The position numbers and the translations under genes are program-made. Below the pieces are notes generated by a model, which saw only the letters and a program-made list of their open reading frames with translations, was not told the DNA's origin and made no database searches. A DNA stretch of 64,000 nucleotides from Eledone cirrhosa (Eukaryota): positions 24,118,001 to 24,182,000 of the forward strand of contig OZ024744.1 in assembly GCA_964016885.1 (NCBI GenBank), written 5' to 3'. Below are positions 53,801 through 64,000 of the stretch, one piece after another (position 1 is the first letter of the stretch; the number at the start of each line of letters is the position of its first letter).

Positions 53801-56800
53801 AACAGTTGAATCTTAAGATAAAACTCGTTTTAACAACAGTTGAATCTTAAGAACTGACTCATTTTAACAACAGTTGAATCTTAAGATACAACTCGTTTTA
53901 ACAATAGCTGAATCTTAAGATTAATCTCGTTTTAACAACAGTTGAATCTTAAGACAAAACCCGTTTTAACAACAGCTGAATCTTAAGATAAAACTCGTAT
54001 TAACAACAGTTGAATCTTAAGAACTGACTCGTTTTAACAACAGTTCAAACTTAAGAACTGACTCGTGTTAACAACAGCTGAATCTTAAGATGAAACTCGT
54101 TTTAACAACAGTTGAATCTTAAGAACTGATTCGTTTTAACAACAGCTGAATCTTAAGATAAACTCGTTTTAACAACAGTTGAATCTTAAGATAAAACTTG
54201 TTTTAACAACAGTTGTATCTTAAGAACTGATTCGTTTTAACAACAGATGAATCTTAAGATAATCCTCGTTTTAACAACAGTTGCATCTTGAGAACTGGCT
54301 CGTTTAAACAACAGTTGAATCTTAAGATAAAACTCGTTTTAACAACAGTTGAATCCTAAGAACTGACTCGTTTTAACAACAGTTGAATCTTAAGATAAAA
54401 CTCGTTTTAACAACAGTTGAATCTTAAGAACTGACTCATTTTAACAACAGTTGAATCTTAAGATAAATCTCGTTTTAACAACAGCTGAATCTTAAGATTA
54501 AACTCGTTTTAACAACAGTTGAATCTTAAGACAAAACCCGTTTTAACAACAGTTGAATCTTAAGAACTGTCTCGTTTTAACGACAGTTGAATATTAAGAA
54601 CTGACTCGTTTTAACAACAGTTTAATCTTAAGAACTGACTCGTTTTAACAACAGTTGAATCTTAAGATAAAACTCGTTTTAACAACAGTTGAATCTTAAG
54701 AACTGACTCGTTTTAACAACAGTTGAATCTTAAGATAAAACTCGTTTTAACAACAGTTGAATCTTAAGAACTGACTCATTTTAACAACAGTTGAATCTTA
54801 AGATAAATCTCGTTTTAACAACAGCTGAATCTTAAGATTAAACTCGTTTTAACAACAGTTGAATCTTAAGACAAAACCCGTTTTAACAACAGTTGAATCT
54901 TAATAACTGTCTCGTTTTAACGACAGTTGAATCTTAAGAACTGACTCGTTTTAACAACAGTTTAATCTTAAGAACTGACTCGTTTTAACAACAGTTGAAT
55001 CTTAAGATAAAATTCGTTTTAACGACAGTTGAATCTTAAGAACTGACTCGTTTTATAAACAGTTCAACCTTAAGAACTGACTCGTTTTAACAACTGTTGA
55101 ATCTTCAAATAAAACTCGTTTTAACAACAGTTGAATATTAAGAACTGACTCGTTTTAACAGCAGTTGAATCTTAATCTAAAACTCGTTTTAATAACAGTT
55201 GAAGCTTAAGATAAAACTCGTTTTAACAACAGTTGAATCTTAAGAACTTGCTCGTGTTAACAACAGGTGAATTTTAAGATAAAACTCGTTTTAACAACAG
55301 TTGAATCTTAAGAACTGACTCGTTTTATCAACAGTTCAACCTTAAGAACTGACTCCTTTTAACAAAAGTTGAATCTTCAAATAAAACTCGTTTTAACAAC
55401 AGTTGAATGTTAAGAACTGATTCGTTTTAACAACAGCTGAATCTTAAGATAAACTCGTTTTAACAACAGTTGAATCTTAAGATAAACCTCGTTTTAACAA
55501 CAGTTTAATCTTAAGTACTGACTCGTTTTAACAACAGTTGAATCTTAAGATAAAACTCGTTTTAACAACAGTTTAATTTTAAGATAAAACTCGTTTTAAC
55601 AACAGTTGAATCTTAAGAACTGACTCGTGTTAATAACAGTTGAATCTTAAGATAAAACTCGTTTTAACAACAGTTGAATCTTAAGAACTGACTCGTTTTA
55701 ACAACAGTTGAAGTTTAAGATAAAACTCGTTTTAACAACAGTTGAATCTTAAGAACTGACTCGTTTTATCAACAGTTCAGCCTTAAGAACTGACTCATTT
55801 TAACAAAAGTTGAATCTTCAAATAAAACTCGTTTTAACAACAGTTGAATGTTAAGAACTGATTCGTTTTAACAACAGCTGAATCTTAAGATAAACTCGTT
55901 TTAACAACAGTTGAATCTTAAGATAAACCTCGTTTTAACAACAGTTTAATCTTAAGAACTGACTCGTTTTAACAACAGTTGAATCTTAAGATAAAATTCG
56001 TTTTAACAACAGTTGCATCTTAAGAACTGACTCGTTTTAACAACAGTTGAATCTTAAGATAAAACTCGTTTTAACAACAGTTGAATCTTAAGAACTGTCT
56101 CGTTTTAACAACAGTTGAATCTTAAGAACTGACTCGTTTTAACAACAGTTGAATCTTATGATAAAACTCATTTTAACAACAGTTGAATCTTAAGAACTAA
56201 CTCGTTTTAACAACAGTTGAATCTTAAGAACTGACTCGTTTTAACAACAGTTGAATCTTCAAATAAAACTCGTTTTAACAACAGTTGAATATTAAGAACA
56301 GACTCGTTTTAACAGTAGTTGAATCTTAATATAAAACTCGTTTTAACAACAGTTGAATCTTTAGATAAACCTCGTTTTAACAACAGTTTAATCTTAAGAA
56401 CTGACTCGTTTTAACAACAGTTGAACCTTATATAACATTCGTTTTAACAACAGTTGAATCTTAAGAACTGATTCGTTTTAACAACAGCTGAATCTTAAGA
56501 TAAACTCATTTTAACAACAGCTGAATCTTAAGATAAAACTCGTTTTAACAACAGTTGAATCTTAAGAACTGATTCGTTTTAACAACAGATGAATCTTAAG
56601 ATAAACCTCGTTTTAACAACGGTTGCATCTTAAGAACTGGCTCGTTTAAACAACAGTTGAATCTTAAGGTAAAACTCGTTTTAACAACAGTTGAATCTTA
56701 AGAACTGACTCGTTTTAACAACAGTTAAACCTTAAGATAAAACTCGTTTTAACAACAGTTGAATCTTAAGAACTGACTCGTTTTATCAACAGTTCACCCT

Positions 56801-59800
56801 TAAGAACTGACTGGTTTTAACAACAGTTGAATCTGCAAATAAAACTCGTTTTAACAACAGTTGAATCTAAAGAACTGACTCGTTTTAACAACAGTTGAAT
56901 CTTAAAATAAAACTCGTTTTAACAACAGTTGAATCTTAAGAACTGACTCATTTTAACAACAGTTGAATCTTAAGTTAAAACTCGTTTTAACAACAGCTGA
57001 ATCTTAAGATTAAACTCGTTTTAACAACAGTTGAATCTTAAGACAAAACCCGTTTTAACAACAGTTGAATCTTAAGAACTGTCTCGTTTTAACGACAGTT
57101 GAATCTTAAGAACTGACTCATTTTAACAACAGTTGAATCTTCAAATAAAACTCGTTTTAACAACAGTTGGATCTTAAGAACTGATTCGTTTTAACAACAG
57201 CTGAATCTTAAGATAAACTCGTTTTAACAACAGTTGAATCTTAAGATAAAACTCGTTTTAACTACAGTTGAATCTTAAGAACTGACTCGTTTTAACAACA
57301 GCTGAATCTTAAGATAAAACTCGTTTTAACAACAGTTGAATCTTAAGAACTGATTCGTTTTAACAACATATGAATCTTAAGATAAACCTCGTTTTATCAA
57401 CAGTTGCATCTTAAGAACTGGCTCGTTGAAACAACAGTTGAATTTTAAGATAAAACTCGTTTTAACAACAGTTGAATCTTAAGAACTGACTCGTTTTATC
57501 AACAGTTCAACCTTAAGAACTGACTCATTTTAACAACAGTTGAATCTTCAAATAAAACTCGTATTAACAACAGTTGAATCTTAAGAACTGACTCGTTTTA
57601 TCAACAGTTCAACCTTAAGAACTGACTCGTTTTAACAATAGTTTAATCTTCAAATAAAACTCGTTTTAACAACAGTTGAATCTAAAGAACTGACTCGTTT
57701 TAACAACAGTTGAATCTTAAGATAAAACTCGTTTTAACAACAGTTGAATCTTAAGAACTGACTCATTTTAACAACAGTTGAATCTTAATATAAAACTCGT
57801 TTTAACAACAGCTGAATCTTAAGATTAAACTCGTTTTAACAACAGTTGAATCTTAAGACAAAACCCGTTTTAACAACAGTTGAATCTTAAGAACTGTCTC
57901 GTTTTAACGACAGTTGAATCTTAAGAACTGACTCGTTTTAACAACAGCTGAATCTTAAGATATAACTCGTATTAACAACAGTTGAATCTTAAGAACTGAC
58001 ACGTTTTATCAACAGTTCAACCTTAAGAACTGACTCGTTTTAACAACAGTTGAATCTTCAAATAAAACTCGTTTTAACAACAGTTGAATCTAAAGAACTG
58101 ACTCGTTTTAACAACAGTTGAATCTTAAGATAAAACTCGTTTTAACAACAGTTGAATCTTAAGAACTGACTCATTTTAACAACAGTTGAATCTTAAGATA
58201 CAACTCGTTTTAACAATAGCTGAATCTTAAGATTAATCTCGTTTTAACAACAGTTGAATCTTAAGACAAAACCCGTTTTAACAACAGCTGAATCTTAAGA
58301 TAAAACTCGTATTAACAACAGTTGAATCTTAAGAACTGACTCGTTTTAACAACAGTTCAAACTTAAGAACTGACTCGTGTTAACAACAGCTGAATCTTAA
58401 GATGAAACTCGTTTTAACAACAGTTGAATCTTAAGAACTGATTCGTTTTAACAACAGCTGAATCTTAAGATAAACTCGTTTTAACAACAGTTGAATCTTA
58501 AGATAAAACTTGTTTTAACAACAGTTGTATCTTAAGAACTGATTCGTTTTAACAACAGATGAATCTTAAGATAATCCTCGTTTTAACAACAGTTGCATCT
58601 TGAGAACTGGCTCGTTTAAACAACAGTTGAATCTTAAGATAAAACTCGTTTTAACAACAGTTGAATCCTAAGAACTGACTCGTTTTAACAACAGTTGAAT
58701 CTTAAGATAAAACTCGTTTTAACAACAGTTGAATCTTAAGAACTGACTCATTTTAACAACAGTTGAATCTTAAGATAAATCTCGTTTTAACAACAGCTGA
58801 ATCTTAAGATTAAACTCGTTTTAACAACAGTTGAATCTTAAGACAAAACCCGTTTTAACAACAGTTGAATCTTAAGAACTGTCTCGTTTTAACGACAGTT
58901 GAATATTAAGAACTGACTCGTTTTAACAACAGTTTAATCTTAAGAACTGACTCGTTTTAACAACAGTTGAATCTTAAGATAAAACTCGTTTTAACAACAG
59001 TTGAATCTTAAGAACTGACTCGTTTTAACAACAGTTGAATCTTAAGATAAAACTCGTTTTAACAACAGTTGAATCTTAAGAACTGACTCATTTTAACAAC
59101 AGTTGAATCTTAAGATAAATCTCGTTTTAACAACAGCTGAATCTTAAGATTAAACTCGTTTTAACAACAGTTGAATCTTAAGACAAAACCCGTTTTAACA
59201 ACAGTTGAATCTTAATAACTGTCTCGTTTTAACGACAGTTGAATCTTAAGAACTGACTCGTTTTAACAACAGTTTAATCTTAAGAACTGACTCGTTTTAA
59301 CAACAGTTGAATCTTAAGATAAAATTCGTTTTAACGACAGTTGAATCTTAAGAACTGACTCGTTTTATAAACAGTTCAACCTTAAGAACTGACTCGTTTT
59401 AACAACTGTTGAATCTTCAAATAAAACTCGTTTTAACAACAGTTGAATATTAAGAACTGACTCGTTTTAACAGCAGTTGAATCTTAATCTAAAACTCGTT
59501 TTAATAACAGTTGAAGCTTAAGATAAAACTCGTTTTAACAACAGTTGAATCTTAAGAACTTGCTCGTGTTAACAACAGGTGAATTTTAAGATAAAACTCG
59601 TTTTAACAACAGTTGAATCTTAAGAACTGACTCGTTTTATCAACAGTTCAACCTTAAGAACTGACTCCTTTTAACAAAAGTTGAATCTTCAAATAAAACT
59701 CGTTTTAACAACAGTTGAATGTTAAGAACTGATTCGTTTTAACAACAGCTGAATCTTAAGATAAACTCGTTTTAACAACAGTTGAATCTTAAGATAAACC

Positions 59801-62255
59801 TCGTTTTAACAACAGTTTAATCTTAAGTACTGACTCGTTTTAACAACAGTTGAATCTTAAGATAAAACTCGTTTTAACAACAGTTTAATTTTAAGATAAA
59901 ACTCGTTTTAACAACAGTTGAATCTTAAGAACTGACTCGTGTTAATAACAGTTGAATCTTAAGATAAAACTCGTTTTAACAACAGTTGAATCTTAAGAAC
60001 TGACTCGTTTTAACAACAGTTGAAGTTTAAGATAAAACTCGTTTTAACAACAGTTGAATCTTAAGAACTGACTCGTTTTATCAACAGTTCAGCCTTAAGA
60101 ACTGACTCATTTTAACAAAAGTTGAATCTTCAAATAAAACTCGTTTTAACAACAGTTGAATGTTAAGAACTGATTCGTTTTAACAACAGCTGAATCTTAA
60201 GATAAACTCGTTTTAACAACAGTTGAATCTTAAGATAAACCTCGTTTTAACAACAGTTTAATCTTAAGAACTGACTCGTTTTAACAACAGTTGAATCTTA
60301 AGATAAAATTCGTTTTAACAACAGTTGCATCTTAAGAACTGACTCGTTTTAACAACAGTTGAATCTTAAGATAAAACTCGTTTTAACAACAGTTGAATCT
60401 TAAGAACTGTCTCGTTTTAACAACAGTTGAATCTTAAGAACTGACTCGTTTTAACAACAGTTGAATCTTATGATAAAACTCATTTTAACAACAGTTGAAT
60501 CTTAAGAACTAACTCGTTTTAACAACAGTTGAATCTTAAGAACTGACTCGTTTTAACAACAGTTGAATCTTCAAATAAAACTCGTTTTAACAACAGTTGA
60601 ATATTAAGAACAGACTCGTTTTAACAGTAGTTGAATCTTAATATAAAACTCGTTTTAACAACAGTTGAATCTTTAGATAAACCTCGTTTTAACAACAGTT
60701 TAATCTTAAGAACTGACTCGTTTTAACAACAGTTGAACCTTATATAACATTCGTTTTAACAACAGTTGAATCTTAAGAACTGATTCGTTTTAACAACAGC
60801 TGAATCTTAAGATAAACTCATTTTAACAACAGCTGAATCTTAAGATAAAACTCGTTTTAACAACAGTTGAATCTTAAGAACTGATTCGTTTTAACAACAG
60901 ATGAATCTTAAGATAAACCTCGTTTTAACAACGGTTGCATCTTAAGAACTGGCTCGTTTAAACAACAGTTGAATCTTAAGGTAAAACTCGTTTTAACAAC
61001 AGTTGAATCTTAAGAACTGACTCGTTTTAACAACAGTTAAACCTTAAGATAAAACTCGTTTTAACAACAGTTGAATCTTAAGAACTGACTCGTTTTATCA
61101 ACAGTTCACCCTTAAGAACTGACTGGTTTTAACAACAGTTGAATCTGCAAATAAAACTCGTTTTAACAACAGTTGAATCTAAAGAACTGACTCGTTTTAA
61201 CAACAGTTGAATCTTAAAATAAAACTCGTTTTAACAACAGTTGAATCTTAAGAACTGACTCATTTTAACAACAGTTGAATCTTAAGTTAAAACTCGTTTT
61301 AACAACAGCTGAATCTTAAGATTAAACTCGTTTTAACAACAGTTGAATCTTAAGACAAAACCCGTTTTAACAACAGTTGAATCTTAAGAACTGTCTCGTT
61401 TTAACGACAGTTGAATCTTAAGAACTGACTCATTTTAACAACAGTTGAATCTTCAAATAAAACTCGTTTTAACAACAGTTGGATCTTAAGAACTGATTCG
61501 TTTTAACAACAGCTGAATCTTAAGATAAACTCGTTTTAACAACAGTTGAATCTTAAGATAAAACTCGTTTTAACTACAGTTGAATCTTAAGAACTGACTC
61601 GTTTTAACAACAGCTGAATCTTAAGATAAAACTCGTTTTAACAACAGTTGAATCTTAAGAACTGATTCGTTTTAACAACAGATGAATCTTAAGATAAACC
61701 TCGTTTTATCAACAGTTGCATCTTAAGAACTGGCTCGTTGAAACAACAGTTGAATTTTAAGATAAAACTCGTTTTAACAACAGTTGAATCTTAAGAACTG
61801 ACTCGTTTTATCAACAGTTCAACCTTAAGAACTGACTCATTTTAACAACAGTTGAATCTTCAAATAAAACTCGTATTAACAACAGTTGAATCTTAAGAAC
61901 TGACTCGTTTTATCAACAGTTCAACCTTAAGAACTGACTCGTTTTAACAATAGTTTAATCTTCAAATAAAACTCGTTTTAACAACAGTTGAATCTAAAGA
62001 ACTGACTCGTTTTAACAACAGTTGAATCTTAAGATAAAACTCGTTTTAACAACAGTTGAATCTTAAGATCTGACTCATTTTAACAACAGTTGAATCTTAA
62101 TATAAAACTCGTTTTAACAACAGCTGAATCTTAAGATTAAACTCGTTTTAACAACAGTTGAATCTTAAGACAAAACCCGTTTTAACAACAGTTGAATCTT
62201 AAGAACTGTCTCGTTTTAACGACAGTTGAATCTTAAGAACTGACTCGTTTTAACA
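49286..62255. repeat. Tandem block triplication, 3 x 4312 bp (127 monomers less 6 bp)
   Basis: Markers at offset 4312: GATATAAC 49335/53647/57959, CTGCAAATA 52521/56833/61145, GTTGAAAC 53113/57425/61737. Confidence 0.94.
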
Positions 62256-64000
62256 GCAGTTGAATCTTAATATAAAACTCGTTTTAACAACAGTTGAATC
62301 TTAAGATAAAACTCGTTTTAACAACAGTTGAATCTTAAGAACTAACTCGTTTTAACAACAGTTGAATCTTAAGATAAAACTCGTTTTAACAACAGTTGAA
62401 TCTTAAGAACTGACTCGTTTTAACAACAGCTGAATCTTAAGATAAAACTCGTATTAACAACAGTTGAATCTTAAGAACTGACACGTTTTATCAACAGTTC
62501 AACCTTAAGAACTGACTCGTTTTAACAACAGTTGAATCTTCAAATAAAACTCGTTTTAACAACAGTTGAATCTAAAGAACTGACTCGTTTTAACAACAGT
62601 TGAATCTTAAGATAAAACTCGTTTTAACAACAGTTGAATCTTAAGAACTGTCTCATTTTAACAACAGTTGAATCTAAAGATACAACTCGTTTTAACAACA
62701 GCTGAATCTTAAGATTAATCTCGTTTTAACAACAGTTGAATCTTAAGACAAAACCCGTTTTACAACAGTTGTATCTTAAGAACTGTCTCGATTTAACGAC
62801 AGTTGAATCTTAAGAACTGACTCGTTTTAACAACAGCTGAATCTTAAGATTAAACTCGTTTTAACAACAGTTGAATCTTAAGACAAAACCCGTTTTAACA
62901 ACAGTTGAATCTTAAGATAAACCTCGTTTTAACAACAGTTTAATCTTAAAAACTGACTCGTTTTAACAACAGTTGAATCTTAAGATAAAATTCGTTTTAA
63001 CAACAGTTGAATCTTAAGAACTGATTCGTTTTAACAACAGTTCAAACTTGAGAACTGACTCGTTTTAACAACAGTTGAATCTTATGATAAAACTCATTTT
63101 AACAACAGTTGAATCTTAAGAACTCATTCGTTTTAACAACAGATGAATCTTAAGATAAACCTTGTTTTAACAACAGTTGAATCTTAAGAACTGTCTCGAT
63201 TTAACGACAGTTGAATCTTAAGAACTGACTCGTTTTAACAACAGTTGAATCTTACGATAAAACTCGTTTTAACATCAGTTGAATCTTAAGAACTGACTAA
63301 TTTTAACAACAGCTGAATCTTAAGATAAAACTCGTTTTAACAACAGTTGAATCTTAAGAACTGACTCGTTTTAACAACAGTTGAATCTTATGATAAAACT
63401 CATTTTAACAACAGTTGAATGTTAAGATAAAACTCGTTTTAACAACAGTTGAATCTTAAGAACTGACTCTTTTTAACAACAGTTGAATGTTAAGATAAAA
63501 CTCGTTTTAACAACAGTTGAATCTTAAGAACTGACTCGTTTTAACAACAGTTGAATCTTAAGAACTGACTCGTTTTAACAACAGTTGAATCTTATGATAA
63601 AACCCATTTTAACAACAGTTGAATCTTAAGATTAAACTCGTTTTAACAACAGTTGAATCTTAAGAACTGACTCGTTTTATCAACATTTCAACCTTAAGAA
63701 CTGACTCGTTTTAACAACAGATGAATCTTCAAATAAAACTCGTTTTAACAACAGTTGAATCTTAAGAACTGACTCGTTTTAACAGCAGTTGAATCTTAAG
63801 AACTGATTCGTTTTAACAACAGTTCAAACTTAAGAACTGACTCGTATTAACAACAGTTGAATCTTATTATAAAACTCATTTTAACAACAGTTGAATCTTA
63901 AGAACTGATTCGTTTTAACAACAGATGAATCTTAAGATAAACCTCGTTTTAACAACAGTTGCATCTTAGGAACTGGCTCGTTTAAACAACAGTTGAATCT

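Larger units (their letters stand above)
1..64000. repeat. Tandem satellite array of a 34-bp monomer (~1,880 copies, single orientation), running off both window edges
   Basis: The core GTTTTAACAACAGTTGAATCTTAAGA recurs every 34 bp (monomer starts at 21, 55, 89, 123...) through to 64000. Only substitutions and occasional 1-bp deletions were seen, with no unique sequence and no reverse-strand copies. Confidence 0.99.

Noticed and set aside
1-64000. CRISPR array (the core starts GTTTTA, is ~26-30 bp and is partly palindromic)
   Set aside because: There are no unique spacers. The variable part is a 4-bp box with two main states, the period is 34 bp rather than ~60-75 bp, and no cas genes or leader are present.
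1-64000. Giant repetitive protein-coding ORF on either strand
   Set aside because: 34 is not a multiple of 3, so frames rotate with each monomer. Each monomer has TAA/TGA triplets on the plus strand and two TAA triplets on the minus strand, closing every frame within about 100 bp under the standard code.
1-64000. Minus-strand ORF under a TAA/TAG=Gln (ciliate-type) code, since the minus consensus lacks TGA
   Set aside because: Common variants (plus-strand TTCA, CTCA, ATCA) put TGA on the minus strand every few monomers, 1-bp deletions are tolerated, and nothing suggests codon-level constraint.
1-64000. Information-bearing code or diversity cassette in the A/B and variant order
   Set aside because: The order is explained by nested tandem duplication plus point mutation. 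No recombinase, reverse transcriptase, promoter or expression site is visible.
1-64000. Plasmid iterons, parS sites, integron attC sites or telomerase-made telomeric repeats
   Set aside because: The scale far exceeds iteron or parS clusters, and there are no rep/par genes or gene cassettes. kb-scale inherited variant blocks indicate recombinational amplification rather than templated repeat addition.
1-64000. Whole array as a sequencing or rolling-circle concatemer artefact
   Set aside because: Variants are inherited hierarchically across blocks of many different periods, which a single-template concatemer would not produce. Individual identical duplications still need read support.

Overview
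The whole 64-kb window is one uninterrupted head-to-tail array of an AT-rich (~26-32% GC per monomer) 34-bp satellite-like repeat, about 1,880 copies (64000/34), all in one orientation. I saw no unique sequence, gene, RNA gene, transposon or CRISPR spacer. Two monomer classes roughly alternate: A = GTTTTAACAACAGTTGAATCTTAAGAACTGACTC and B = GTTTTAACAACAGTTGAATCTTAAGATAAAACTC. Rare variants used as markers show overlapping, in-register tandem duplications of about 0.6, 1.05-1.09, 1.666, 3.466, 5.094 and 8.527 kb, plus a 4.312-kb triplication, rather than one fixed higher-order repeat. The B monomer is almost fully tiled by three short dyad symmetries about one helical turn apart. The most likely identity is eukaryotic heterochromatic or centromere-type satellite DNA; this is an inference, and I do not recognise the family or organism. 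I found no evidence of a protein-coding novel system. Offsets were counted by hand from a few markers per block, not from a full alignment.
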